From contig CAVUQS010000013.1 in assembly GCA_963743705.1 (NCBI GenBank), forward strand, positions 5,415 through 69,414: 64,000 nt of DNA, written 5' to 3'. The notes beneath the pieces are model-generated. The model was not told the DNA's origin. It did not search any database and saw only the letters and a program-made list of their open reading frames with translations. A program made the translations under genes and the position numbers. This document shows, in pieces, positions 16,842-27,308 of this stretch. Source of the DNA: Bryobacterales bacterium (lineage in GTDB: Bacteria; Acidobacteriota; Terriglobia; Bryobacterales; Bryobacteraceae). Numbering within the stretch: the first letter of the stretch is position 1; every line of letters starts with the position of its first letter.

Positions 16842-17461
16842 GGTTTGCGTATTATACTCGCTTGCACACGGCTATAGCTGGCTTTCAATGCGACGTAAAC
16901 TCGTTCTCGTATATTACTCGGTCAACGCGCCTATTGGTGTGCGATTTCTTGCGCGAGCAACTGGGGTTGCGCCTGGAACCAGCAAAGGTACCCGTTTCAA
17001 TTCCTGTGGTTGACTCGGCGCAAAGGCCGACCCCGAATTGAGAAGGAAGCTTTCTCCGAAAACGGCCGGGGCACGTCCCGATGAACAATGATCCCAGAGT
17101 ATGGCCCTTTTGGGGAGGTCCTGGACGGAAAACGGGATCATCGGAAAATGACTGTACTCTCGGGCTGGGCCTACATCCAGTAGCTCCGCCACTCTCGAGA
17201 AGCTGACGCGGCGCTCGAACGTACTTGAGGTCATCCACAGTGATAGGCTATCCGAGTTGTGCATGTTGGAAATGCCGAACTCGATTTCCCGCGACATGTA
17301 GGGCAGCGTTTACCGCCGACGAGCCGCCGCAGTGTGCTCCGGGCGGATTACGCACTCTCATACAAAGCCTGCCCGGCGACGCGACGATATCACGCCATAA
17401 CGCCGCGCGTTTCGGAATGCCGCTCTTCTCGGAATGCAAGTTAGATATACTTCCGTCTTCC

Positions 17462-18985
17462 ATGTATCGACGCTCATTTCTCAAAGGCGCGTCCCTCACC
17501 GGCTTGACCGCTATCGGCGACGTTGCACAAACCCCTGCGCGCGATCTGCGGATCGCCTACGGCGGCATCGGAATCGAATGCAGCACTTACAGCCGCCTGC
17601 GGACCCGCGTGAGTGAGTTCACCATCCTTCGCGACGTTGAACTGACCTCCAGCGACCGATTCCAGTTTCTGAAACGCTATCCGGTCACCTTCATGCCGAC
17701 GCTGGTCGCCAGTGCGGTCCCCGGTGGCCCGGTCGAACGGAAAACCTACGAAGCGATCAAAGCCGAGTTTTTGAAGCGCATTGAAGCGCTCTTACCTCTC
17801 CACGGCCTCTACCTTCCCATGCACGGCGCCATGTTTGTCGAGGGCATGCAGGACGCGGAGGCTGATTGGTATCATGCTGCCCGCAAGGCGGTTGGGCCGG
17901 ACTGTCTTCTTTCGGCGAGCTACGATCTCCATGGCAACATCAGCCAGCCGATTATCGACACGCTCGACATGCTGTCGGCGTTTCGCACCGCGCCCCACAT
18001 CGACCGCGAGGAGACCATGCTCCGCGCTACCGACATTCTGCTTCACTGCTTGCGCGAGAATATCCGTCCGGCCCTCATGTGGGCGCCGATCCCTGTCCTC
18101 ATGCCAGGCGAACGCAGCAGCACCGAATGGGAGCCAGGAAAGCGGCTGTGGGCGCAATTGCCGGCGCTCAATCGCGAGCCCGGCATCCTCGACGTCAGCA
18201 TGCTTGTCGGTTACGTCTGGGCTGACGAACCCCGATCCTCGGCGGCGGTGGTCATCACAGGCACGGCCCCCGACAATCAGCGCAGGGTCGCCACCAACCT
18301 CGCACAGCAATATTGGGACGCACGCGCCGAATTTAAATTCGGGACTGAAGCCTGCACGGTGGACGACTGCGTCCAGCGTGCGATCGACGCTAAGACGCAG
18401 CCCGCGATTCTGGCGGACTCGGGCGATAACCCAACCGGTGGCGGAAATGGCGATCAAGCCACGGTCTTGGAGTCTCTACTGCGCCACAAAGCGCAGAACG
18501 TCGTGTTCGCCGGCATCACCGATCGTCGCGCAACGGAGGCTTGCTACAAAGGAGGTGTGGGCGCGCGCATCCTCCTTTCCATTGGAGCGACGCTTGACCC
18601 CAAGGCCAGCCAGCCTGTCAAGACGGAAGCCGTGGTCAGGTTTCTGCTGGCGGAAACAGATCCAGCCCGCCGCGAAGCTGTGGTGCAGATCCAGGGCATC
18701 ACGCTGGTGCTGGCTGCCTACCGCCGCCCCTATCACGACATCCAAGACTTCACGCGTCTCGGATTGGACCCGAAGTCCTTCAAGATTATCGTCGTGAAGT
18801 CCGGCTATCTTTCGCCGGAACTGGCGCCCATCGCCAACCCGAGCCTCATGGCGCTTTCGGACGGCGCGATTAACCAGGACATCGTCCACCTACCCGCGAA
18901 CCGATACCGCAGGCCGAGTTACCCGTTCGTCGCGGACCTCAGTTTCACGCCAAAGGTTTACGGGTCGGCGCGGAATCGACCCTAA
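17462..18985 (+). CDS. M81 family metallopeptidase (MlrC/microcystinase C-like), Tat-type signal
   Basis: ATG 17462 gives MYRRSFLKGASLTGLTAIG. The protein body carries IAYGGIGIECSTY, LPLHGLYLPMHGAMFVEG, SYDLHGNIS and FRTAPHIDREET. The ORF track start is 17225. Confidence 0.75.
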   Translation: MYRRSFLKGASLTGLTAIGDVAQTPARDLRIAYGGIGIECSTYSRLRTRVSEFTILRDVELTSSDRFQFLKRYPVTFMPTLVASAVPGGPVERKTYEAIKAEFLKRIEALLPLHGLYLPMHGAMFVEGMQDAEADWYHAARKAVGPDCLLSASYDLHGNISQPIIDTLDMLSAFRTAPHIDREETMLRATDILLHCLRENIRPALMWAPIPVLMPGERSSTEWEPGKRLWAQLPALNREPGILDVSMLVGYVWADEPRSSAAVVITGTAPDNQRRVATNLAQQYWDARAEFKFGTEACTVDDCVQRAIDAKTQPAILADSGDNPTGGGNGDQATVLESLLRHKAQNVVFAGITDRRATEACYKGGVGARILLSIGATLDPKASQPVKTEAVVRFLLAETDPARREAVVQIQGITLVLAAYRRPYHDIQDFTRLGLDPKSFKIIVVKSGYLSPELAPIANPSLMALSDGAINQDIVHLPANRYRRPSYPFVADLSFTPKVYGSARNRP

Positions 18986-19056
18986 CGCTCTCCAAGCGCA
19001 TCGAGCCAGCGCAGGCTTGTCTTTGGGCCCGGCGAACGCGCCAGTCCTGACTTCCG

Positions 19057-20685
19057 ATGCATTACACTCATGCAATGAACTGGAAGAACGGCATCGCATT
19101 TTTTTCCCTTGCCGCCGGCCTGTGCGCCCAATCGGCCGGAGACGCGTGGTGGGCGCACGTGCAGACGCTCGCAGCGCCTGAGATGGAGGGGCGGCTCACC
19201 GGGTCGCAAGGGTATTTACGCGCGGCCAGGTACGTAGTCGCGCAGTTCGATTCAGCAGGACTCCAGCCGGCCGGAGCGAACGGCTACTACCAGCCCGTCA
19301 AATTCGAGATCACCCGTGTCTTGGCGGCGCAATCCTCGATGGCGTTGGTGAGCGGAGGAGGTAAGGAATCGCTGATTCTGGGACGCGACGCAACCCTCGG
19401 CTCGCGCGGCAGCCAGCCGAAGGCGGTGACTGCGCCGCTCGTCTTCGTAGGGTACGGTCTCCATTTGCCTGAAGCAAAGTACGACGACTTCGACTCGCCC
19501 GAGCTGCCGAACGCTTCGCTGAAAGGTAAGATCGTTGTGTTGATCAACGGCGGGCCTGCCGATCTGCCGGGTCCGCTGAAGTCCTTCGCCCGCACCTCGC
19601 CACTACAGAAGGCGCTTGTCGATGCGGGAGTGGTCGGGTCGATCACTATCCCCACTCCGAAGTCCATGGACTTCCCGTGGGACCGAGTCGCAGCGAACGC
19701 CTCGCAGCCGGGCATGCGGCTGGCGCCGGACTCGAAAGACGCGGCGGTGGCCACGCGCCATCCGGCACTCGCCGACCAGCGCCACACCATGTTCGCTGCG
19801 AACTTCAACCCCGCCGAGGCCGAGAAGTTGTTCGCCGGCAGCGGCCACACCTTCGCCGAGTTGCTGGCACTCGCTGATGCGCAGAAGCCATTGCCGCATT
19901 TCGACCTGAAGAAGACCCTGTCCGCCACTGTGGCCACCGAACAGAGCCAGGTGGAGTCGCCCAATGTCGTTGCGAGACTGGAAGGCTCGGATCCGCGCCT
20001 GAAGAACGAATACGTCCTGGTGTCGGCACATCTCGATCACCTCGGCCTAGACGCGTCGGGCGCACTGTTCGCTGGGGCCATGGATGACGCGTCCGGCGTC
20101 GCCTCGGTCTTGGAGATCGCCAAGGGCTTCGCACGGAGTCCGCAGCGTCCGAAGCGGTCGGTGCTCTTCGTGATTTTCACCGGCGAAGAGAAAGGGCTGC
20201 TTGGGTCGCGCTACTTCGCAGGCCGGCCCACGGTACCGGAGGCCGACATCGTCGCCGACCTGAATCTCGATATGTTCATGCCGATCTTCGCTTTGAAAAA
20301 ACTGCACGTGCAGGGACTTGACGAATCCACGCTCGGCGAGGAAGCACGAGCGGCAGGCGCAGAACATCATATCGAAATCGCCGCGGACCCGGAGCCTGAC
20401 CGGAATTCCTTCACCCGGACCGACCAATACAGCTTCGTGCAAGCCGGGGTCCCCGCGCTCGCAATGAAGTTTGGCTGGACGGCTAATTCGCCGGAGTACA
20501 AGGCGTGGCGCCAATGGCTGGCGCAACGCTATCACTCTAAGGAAGATAATCTGTCGCAACCGGTGGACAAAGAAGCGGCCGCGCAATTCGATTCCTTTTT
20601 GGCCGACCTCGCGCGCCGCGTGGCGAACAAATCGCAGAGACCGCATTATCTCGAGTCGAGCTTCTTCCGCCGCTTCGAGAGGTGA
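19057..20685 (+). CDS. M28 family aminopeptidase with PA domain, exported
   Basis: Family motifs SAHLDHLG, GAMDDASGVASVLEIAK and FTGEEKGLLGSRYF are present, with the signal NWKNGIAFFSLAAGLCAQS. An alternative ATG lies at 19075. Confidence 0.85.
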   Translation: MHYTHAMNWKNGIAFFSLAAGLCAQSAGDAWWAHVQTLAAPEMEGRLTGSQGYLRAARYVVAQFDSAGLQPAGANGYYQPVKFEITRVLAAQSSMALVSGGGKESLILGRDATLGSRGSQPKAVTAPLVFVGYGLHLPEAKYDDFDSPELPNASLKGKIVVLINGGPADLPGPLKSFARTSPLQKALVDAGVVGSITIPTPKSMDFPWDRVAANASQPGMRLAPDSKDAAVATRHPALADQRHTMFAANFNPAEAEKLFAGSGHTFAELLALADAQKPLPHFDLKKTLSATVATEQSQVESPNVVARLEGSDPRLKNEYVLVSAHLDHLGLDASGALFAGAMDDASGVASVLEIAKGFARSPQRPKRSVLFVIFTGEEKGLLGSRYFAGRPTVPEADIVADLNLDMFMPIFALKKLHVQGLDESTLGEEARAAGAEHHIEIAADPEPDRNSFTRTDQYSFVQAGVPALAMKFGWTANSPEYKAWRQWLAQRYHSKEDNLSQPVDKEAAAQFDSFLADLARRVANKSQRPHYLESSFFRRFER

Positions 20686-20879
20686 CCCCCTGCAGAACGT
20701 GCTTACTACCCCCCCCTAGATCAATTGACAAAGCAAAAGGGAATAGCCTTCCGATATTTGGTCTTAACGGGCCAGAATTGGCTGTTTTTATCGTGGCAGG
20801 TGGTTCCGAAAGGGGAAAGTCAGTTGCATCAGTACGTCGGAAGAAAAATGCCCCATAATAGAAGCCCAGGTACCGGCTC

Positions 20880-21224
20880 ATGGCCTACTTTCCGGACACC
20901 CCATACGATTTCTTTCTCGGCTATGCCCAAGCCGACGATCGGGCTTGGGTTGCGGTCTTCGAGAAAAGCCTGCGCGAAATGATGGGCCGCGAGGCCGGAC
21001 AGGCAATAAGTACCCCAGGCTCGCTCCGAAACATCGCGCGTGCAGCCGGCCGCCACATCGGCAACGATCCCGGCGACGTGGTGTTTGCGAATCGCCGCTT
21101 CGGAGCGATTTACGCGATCGACGCGTCACGGACCCGTTGGATGGGCACCAAGTCGCCGTACGGGGCGAGCGAGTTGCCATTACATATGGAAGCGAACAGT
21201 ACGGTGATCTTACGTTATGAATAA
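20880..21224 (+). CDS. Hypothetical protein; the N-terminus resembles the start of a TIR domain (possibly a decayed remnant)
   Basis: PYDFFLGYAQADDRAWVAVFEKSLRE resembles the TIR betaA-alphaA signature (YDVFLSY..D..WV..L...L). The remaining ~85 aa show no TIR features. The stop overlaps the next gene start by 8 nt. Confidence 0.3.
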   Translation: MAYFPDTPYDFFLGYAQADDRAWVAVFEKSLREMMGREAGQAISTPGSLRNIARAAGRHIGNDPGDVVFANRRFGAIYAIDASRTRWMGTKSPYGASELPLHMEANSTVILRYE

Positions 21225-21930
21225 ACTCGCATGGGTGCTGCTTTGCAGCGCCGCAATACTGCCCGCGCAGGAAAAGGCGGTGCTTGTCTCTTATGAAACA
21301 GCGCGGGACATCGAACCTTCGGCCGATCCCGAGTCGCCGTTCTGGAAGAACATCGACGGGGTCTTCATCGAGAAGAGCGTCCTGGGGCCGGAGATGCCGG
21401 CTTTCCGCGCAGAAGTGCGTTCACGCTGGACCAAAGATTACGTCTATTTTCTGTTCTCCGGCCCGTACGAGAAGCTGACGCTCAAGCCCGACCCGGACCT
21501 GGAGAAGGAAACGTACCGCCTGTGGGAGCGCGACTGTTTCGAAGTCTACCTGGGCGCGGATTTCGAGCACACCAACCGGTATCGCGAGCTTCAGATGTCG
21601 CCCGCGGGCGAGTTTCTGGACCTCGATATCGATTCCACGCGCCAGCGCCCTGGCTACAATGGCGAGAACCTATGGAACTCCGGCATGGTGGTGAAGGCTC
21701 GCGTGGACCAGGCGCGCAAGTTCTGGTACGGCGAGATGAAGATCCCGATCACGGCGGTCGATAAGCGGCCGGCGCAGATCGGCAACGAAATGAGGGTGAA
21801 CTTCTTCCGCCAGGATGGCGCACCGCCAAATCGCACGTTCATGGCATGGCAGCCGCCGATGGTGTGGAGTCCACACCACCCTGATAAGTTCGGGACACTC
21901 AAACTCGGCGGTCCACCGTCCACTCGATAA
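21217..21930 (+). CDS. Carbohydrate-binding family 9 (CBM9/DOMON-like) protein, exported
   Basis: The signal is MNKLAWVLLCSAAILPAQ. Characteristic segments are FWKNIDGVFI, FRAEVRSRWTKDYVYFLF, WERDCFEVYLGADF, YRELQMSPAGEFLD and WYGEMKIPI...RVNFFRQDG. Confidence 0.6.
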   Translation: MNKLAWVLLCSAAILPAQEKAVLVSYETARDIEPSADPESPFWKNIDGVFIEKSVLGPEMPAFRAEVRSRWTKDYVYFLFSGPYEKLTLKPDPDLEKETYRLWERDCFEVYLGADFEHTNRYRELQMSPAGEFLDLDIDSTRQRPGYNGENLWNSGMVVKARVDQARKFWYGEMKIPITAVDKRPAQIGNEMRVNFFRQDGAPPNRTFMAWQPPMVWSPHHPDKFGTLKLGGPPSTR

Positions 21931-22257
21931 TGCCGCCCTCGTACCACGTCACATCGTGGCCCATATAGTTTCATCCACCGATTGTGATTTTCGTTGCGCG
22001 GCTGCTGTACGCGTGTGGCGGCCCCTTCTCAGTTTGTGACGGTTACCGCTACCAGGGCGGTCGCGTCATTTACGCTCGGTGCGGCAGTGTTCAGGCGAAT
22101 CCCATTGTTGCGCGGCATACTCTGAGACGAATTCACAGGCGTGTTTCTGGATGTCTCCCAGGCCCGAGAGCCAAATCATGACGAGGCACACGTCGACAGC
22201 ATTTCTTGCAGCACAATTGATGAAGCAAAGCAGACGGCGGCTAGCTATCGATAATGC

Positions 22258-22770
22258 TTAGGACCGTATCGGAAGGACCGCGGCCACCCGAAGAGACCGG
22301 TTGGAGCAAAACGGCGACGTGGCCGCGGTGCTTTCGATACGGCGCGATGAAGGAAGCCTCTCGGGGTTTGGCACGAAACTGCTATGCGTTTTGAATCGGT
22401 GAGGGTTGAGTCCACGCCTTTTGGGATGGGTCTTTGAGGTCCTGCCGTTATAGTGGAGGCGGATTCCCACGAGCAGTTCGTGATCATGGGAAAGTAAATG
22501 TCGGGGCGGAGAATGGTTAGAAGGCGCGCGAACCTGAGAATTGCGGTAACTGATGCGCACGAGTAGTGGCCCCTTGCGGAAGCATTGCATGATCGGCTCG
22601 GTAAACAGATGGGCTTGGTACTGTCGGACATGCTCCAGCCCTAACCGGTGGGGAGGAGTCTTGAAGTATTGAGCGAACTCCTCAACCGAACGGCGGTAAA
22701 TACGAGTAGTAATTGCAGACAAATTCCGACGCTGGAGTTCCTCCAGCATCGCTTTTCGTAGATGGGTCAC
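22258..22770 (-). pseudogene. Tyrosine recombinase/integrase remnant (only the N-terminal SAM-like domain is intact)
   Basis: The first ~55 aa (MLEELQRRNLSAITTRIYRRSVEEFAQYFKTPPHRLGLEHVRQYQAHLF) match the phage-integrase N-terminal SAM-like domain. The rest is low-complexity nonsense. A second frame (22245..22631) carries a possible continuation (VTAILRFAR). No catalytic R..HxxR..Y region is present. Confidence 0.6.
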
Positions 22771-23009
22771 GGGGACTCTCCTCGTGACCTACGATAGTCC
22801 GCCGAGCCATCTACTGAATCGCCACGAAGCCGGCGCCCGTTCTCAGCAACGCGTTAGCATCTGCCGCGCCCACGCGGCTTCGTTCAATGCCCATTAACGC
22901 GGTCCGAAATGGCGCGGATTGAAGGGCGCCGCTACTATGGCGTCTGTCCCCGATCTTCCGCCTAACTAGCCATGCGAACTTGAGCGCCGGTTTTCGAGAG
23001 TGCCTGATG

Positions 23010-23064
23010 GGTTGGCCAAGCATTCGTGTAACTTGCGCCGAAATAGCCGGAATTTGCGCCTTCT
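23010..23064. repeat. Intergenic repeat (paralog of 12958-13011), about 240 nt upstream of the integrase remnant
   Basis: See 12958-13011. Confidence 0.6.
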
Positions 23065-23204
23065 CCGCTGTGCCAGAGAGCGATGCCATTGGTTTTTTCA
23101 GTTGCGCTTGCTTCGGGACGCAGGAAAGAAACCAGCGGCCTTGTTATGATCTGCCCGCGGCGGCCGAACAGCCGCGACCGCCACGGTCAGATCGATGGAC
23201 GTCC

Positions 23205-26200
23205 TCAGAAGCGGAAGCGAACCCCGAGTTGAAGGCTACGCATCGCCGCGGCGCCGGTTGCAGCGCCGAAGCCTGCGTTCTTCGGCAACTGCCGGCCCGA
23301 CGATATCGTGCCGTCGGCATTGTACTCGCTGTTCTGCAGCGCCATGCCCGTCGGGTTGTTGAAGGTGGCCGTCGTACTGATGGCGTTGATTTGCACCGCG
23401 TTCAGCGTATTGAAGATATCCGCGCGGAACTCGAAGCTGCGTGATTCCTGGAACTTCCAGAAGCGGAACCGCCGCACGACGGACGTGTCCACATTGTTGG
23501 TTGGACAGTAGCGCAGGGCGTTGCGGCCCGACTCCAGGCCAACGCTGCCGTAAGTCGGCCCTGTTATGGCCGAAGCCTTGAATTCTGATAACGAATTGCC
23601 GGAACATCCGCTACCGGCATTGGGGCCATAAACTACCGTGCCGCCATAATCCGGAGAACCGGTGATGTTCACGCTCGATCCGGCCGAATTGTAGCTATAG
23701 CCGGGGGTGAAGGTCGCTCCCGAAGCTAGCGTCCAAATGCCCGAAAGCTGCCAGTCCTTCGTAAGCTGATGAATCACGGCTCCTGCGCCTGTAAAGCCCG
23801 TGGGTTCCCACGTCGAATTGAACTTGAAGTAGCTTGGGAGGCGTCCAAGGTTCGAATTCAGGGCTTCATACTGCGCCTGGTCGGATCGTAGCGAAATGGA
23901 CCCATCTGAATTATGCACGTACCGCTGGGCCAGCCCGATGTTGCCCTTCAGCGAGATCTCGTATGTATAGTTCGCCCCGAAGGAAAAGCCATGAGCCCAT
24001 CGACGGCTCAAGCTCATCTGGATCGAGTGAAACGTGTCATGGTAGCCAAACGTATTTTGCCCGATCGTGCCGAGACCTACGTACGGACGGAGCAGGTTGG
24101 TCGTGTAAGCCGATGCCCCCGGATACGCCGGCGCGCCGAGCGTCGCATCCTGATATTTCGGGAGATACGCGCTGCCGATGTCAACGGCGTTCTGGTTCTG
24201 TAAGTCTCCTCCCTGTAAAGTACCGAGGCGATTGTACCCGTGGTTGCCGACATACGACACGTCCCCGACCATCTGGAAAGGTAGAGATTTCTGGACGCCG
24301 ATATTCCACTGAACTGACGACGGGACTGGGGCATTGTATTGGAATGTGACCAGTGCCGGTACCGGCAAGGGGCTTAGCCCCCCGCTCCCGAGAGTCGCCA
24401 GGTTACCGTTGAACAGGTCCGTATCCGTCGCGGCCGGTGGATTGCCGGGAGTCGAGAATACCGTATTCCCGTCGGGCCTGTCGTAGAACAGGCCGAGGCC
24501 GCCGCGGATTACCCACGTCGATCTCCCCGTCACGTCATAAGCCAAGCCGAACCGCGGTCCGACGACCAACTGGGGCCATGTGTAATTCGTCTTCGCGATT
24601 CCTTGACCGGCTGCTACGATCCCGTTCAGAGCACTTCCCGTGCCCGGAATGGGAGTCCCGATCAGCGCCTGGGTATTCGCCGCGCCCGCCGCGGTTACGA
24701 TCTGCCCGGTGAGGGGGTTCAATGCATTGCGGACGTTGCCCGAACACGCCGCCGCGCCGTTGCTGCAGCCGGCCACATAGAGAACGGGAGCCTGCGACGC
24801 CTGCCACCGATTGGGAAAGAAATTCGACGCCGTCTGGTTCTGGTCATATTGCGGCCCCTCATGCACAAAGCGCAGTCCGTAGTCCAAGGTCAGGCGATTG
24901 GTCACTTTCCAGTTGTCCTGGATGAAGCCTTCGATCTGGTTGTATATCATGTCGCCTTCGATAAACTTCGAGGCCTGCAGGTACTCCGTGAAGATTCCGA
25001 GCGCCGCGTTTGAATAACCGTACCCGCTGTCGAGGGCATTGGTCGCGCTGTTGCCGAAGTTCACGTAACCCTGGAAGCTCAGGTTCGCGATGCCGCCCGC
25101 GCCCGTGTTTTGCGCCTTGTAACTGTGGTTGAAGTAGGCCCCGGCTTTAAACGTATGCCGCCCCACGATCTTGGTCACGCTGCCTGCGACATCTTGCGTG
25201 TGGTTGATGTTCAGCCAGCCGGGGAACTGCAGGTTCGGAGGCGCCGCTCCAATCAAACTGCCCCAGCCGAAGAGCGGCGGCAGATTGATGGACTTGCCAT
25301 CCCAGAACGGCGGCTTTTCGGCCTGCAGGACTTGGTAATCGTAATAACTCGAACTCACCTGCCCTGCGTTTGGATACAGTTCGGGGAAAGAGCCGAGGGT
25401 ATTCAGCCGGTTCGCCGCCGGATCCGTATCAAGACCACCGTTATTGCCGCCCGCCAACTGGTTCTTGATGCTTCCGTAGGTCACTTCGACGACCGTCGTC
25501 GGCGTAATCGTCCAGTCGAACGTAGCCCCGTAGTTGGTGATAGTAGGATACGGGACGTAGCTATCGTTAAATCCTGGAATGCCGTTGGTACCCGTACCGC
25601 CAATCTGGCTCACTGGGCGTTGAATCTGGCTGGAGTATTTGCCCGAGATCCGTATACTGGGCGTGAACTGATAGTCGAGGCGAACAGCGGGCTGCTGCGT
25701 GAGTTGATTATAGCTAGCTGGTTGCAACTGATAGTTGTAATTCGTCCCCGGCGCCTGTGTGACATTCGGAAGCGGGTATTGGTTGAGCACCGCAATGCCC
25801 GGAGCATACAGGCGGTTTTGCGGGATCATATTCCCGGGGAAGGGGTTCCCCGTCGTGTTGTCAAGGATCGACGAGATCAGGTTGCCGTTTTGGTCACGGC
25901 TCTGCGAGAAATCGCCCGCCCGCTCAGAGGCCGTTGGCAAACGCAGCCGAATCACGTTGCTGCTGTTAGAGATGATCGACTGGGGACGGAATTCGTGCGC
26001 GTAGAAGAAGAAGAACTTGTTGCGCCCGTTGTATACTTTCGGGATCACCACGGGGCCTCCAATGGTGTATCCGTAAGTGTTCAGGTGGGAAAACACGGGT
26101 GTGTCGCCGTTCTTTTGCGTATTCCACGCCCGCGAATTCCATGCCGTATTGGTGAAAATTCCGTAGCCTGCCCCGTGGAGTTGATTCGAGCCGCTTTTGG

Positions 26201-26918
26201 TCACCGCCGTAATCTGCAGACCACTAGATCTGCCGTATTCCGCCTGGTAACCTTGCGTTAGGACCTTGACCTCGCCGATCGACTCGATGTTCATAGTCAA
26301 CATCTGGCCGTTGTTGCCTGTATCCATCGCCGAGATGCCGTCCATCATGATGTTGTCTTGGCTGCCGTTCGGGTCGCCTAGCCGCGCACTGCTGCCACCG
26401 CCGGTTAACGCACCGTTCACGCCGGGAGTAAAGGCCACGGCAGCGGCAAAGTTTCCGTGCGTGATCGGCAGGGCTTCGATCGCGTGGGTTTCGACAGCAT
26501 ATGATCGCTCGCCGCTTTGTGTCTGCACCAGCGCCGCTTCGGCGCTCACGGTGATCGTTTCGGTGGTGCCTCCCACTTCGAGCGCGAGCGCCGGCACGCC
26601 GACACGATCACCGCCGGCAACGACTATCCCCGGGCGCCGGATGGTCTTGAACGACGACGCCGTGACCTCGATTGTGTACCTGTCGCCGGTGATGTCGGGA
26701 AATACGTAGTCCCCCTCGTTGTTGGTGGCGACTGCGGCGCTTCTCGTGCCGCGCGTCTCGCTGATCAGTACCACGTGGGCACCGGCAACCACGGCTCCGG
26801 TGGAGTCGGTGACCCGCCCTGTAACTGTACCGGTTGTAATCTGTGCCGATGCAGAAGACGGCAGTAAGAAAGAAGCCACTATGATAGCGGCGAAAATGCG
26901 GCAAACGTTGCGCACCAT
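23205..26918 (-). CDS. TonB-dependent outer-membrane receptor with an N-terminal carboxypeptidase-regulatory-like domain
   Basis: This 1237-aa protein has the signal MVRNVCRIFAAIIVASFLLPSSASAQ. The CarboxypepD_reg motif is TGTVTGRVTDSTGAVVAGAHVVLISETRGT...NNEGDYVFPDITGDRYTIEV. A plug region, a long Gly/Asn/Tyr-rich barrel and a C-terminal ...LQLGVRFRF follow. Confidence 0.9.
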   Translation of the reverse strand: MVRNVCRIFAAIIVASFLLPSSASAQITTGTVTGRVTDSTGAVVAGAHVVLISETRGTRSAAVATNNEGDYVFPDITGDRYTIEVTASSFKTIRRPGIVVAGGDRVGVPALALEVGGTTETITVSAEAALVQTQSGERSYAVETHAIEALPITHGNFAAAVAFTPGVNGALTGGGSSARLGDPNGSQDNIMMDGISAMDTGNNGQMLTMNIESIGEVKVLTQGYQAEYGRSSGLQITAVTKSGSNQLHGAGYGIFTNTAWNSRAWNTQKNGDTPVFSHLNTYGYTIGGPVVIPKVYNGRNKFFFFYAHEFRPQSIISNSSNVIRLRLPTASERAGDFSQSRDQNGNLISSILDNTTGNPFPGNMIPQNRLYAPGIAVLNQYPLPNVTQAPGTNYNYQLQPASYNQLTQQPAVRLDYQFTPSIRISGKYSSQIQRPVSQIGGTGTNGIPGFNDSYVPYPTITNYGATFDWTITPTTVVEVTYGSIKNQLAGGNNGGLDTDPAANRLNTLGSFPELYPNAGQVSSSYYDYQVLQAEKPPFWDGKSINLPPLFGWGSLIGAAPPNLQFPGWLNINHTQDVAGSVTKIVGRHTFKAGAYFNHSYKAQNTGAGGIANLSFQGYVNFGNSATNALDSGYGYSNAALGIFTEYLQASKFIEGDMIYNQIEGFIQDNWKVTNRLTLDYGLRFVHEGPQYDQNQTASNFFPNRWQASQAPVLYVAGCSNGAAACSGNVRNALNPLTGQIVTAAGAANTQALIGTPIPGTGSALNGIVAAGQGIAKTNYTWPQLVVGPRFGLAYDVTGRSTWVIRGGLGLFYDRPDGNTVFSTPGNPPAATDTDLFNGNLATLGSGGLSPLPVPALVTFQYNAPVPSSVQWNIGVQKSLPFQMVGDVSYVGNHGYNRLGTLQGGDLQNQNAVDIGSAYLPKYQDATLGAPAYPGASAYTTNLLRPYVGLGTIGQNTFGYHDTFHSIQMSLSRRWAHGFSFGANYTYEISLKGNIGLAQRYVHNSDGSISLRSDQAQYEALNSNLGRLPSYFKFNSTWEPTGFTGAGAVIHQLTKDWQLSGIWTLASGATFTPGYSYNSAGSSVNITGSPDYGGTVVYGPNAGSGCSGNSLSEFKASAITGPTYGSVGLESGRNALRYCPTNNVDTSVVRRFRFWKFQESRSFEFRADIFNTLNAVQINAISTTATFNNPTGMALQNSEYNADGTISSGRQLPKNAGFGAATGAAAMRSLQLGVRFRF

Positions 26919-27308
26919 GCATCCCCCTCCCTAAATCAAACGCTGATGATCAAAACCCCAAAGCCCTGCGCAGGCGTTAGCGCACAATAGTGTCGCCTGC
27001 TTACGCCACCCACCCCGGTAGATCCCTTTTCGAAGATCCCAGTTATATGGAAGCGCTGGTCGAGTGCTAATAGGCTACGCGCGACTGCCCTAACGGTCAA
27101 TAGAAATCTGTGGCTGTAACGGTTAGCCAGCTCTTTCTTCAACCGTTACAAGAGCGGCTGGGCGCTGAGGACATTGCACTTTGCCTTAAGTTTCGATCTG
27201 ATGGCCCCCAGATCGAATTCGTGCCAATCGGAACAGCAGTACACCGAACGTAACCCCGAGTAACCGGCGCCGGACGGTGATATACTCCCTTCAATTGTCG
27301 GGGGGGAT

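Noticed and set aside
16914-17297. 127-aa minus-strand ORF in the 620-nt gap upstream of the M81 peptidase gene.
   Set aside because: It has no recognisable motifs or SD and overlaps the likely promoter/leader of 17462..18985. It is possibly a remnant, but it is unsupported.
17781-18797. 338-aa alternative-frame ORF inside the M81 peptidase gene. Similar long ORFs lie at 25110..26261, 48990..50480, 41121..41963, 43145..43864, 31411..32133 and 62366..63277.
   Set aside because: All overlap genes with clear family motifs and have Arg/Ser/Pro-rich low-information translations. They are treated as GC-driven spurious ORFs.
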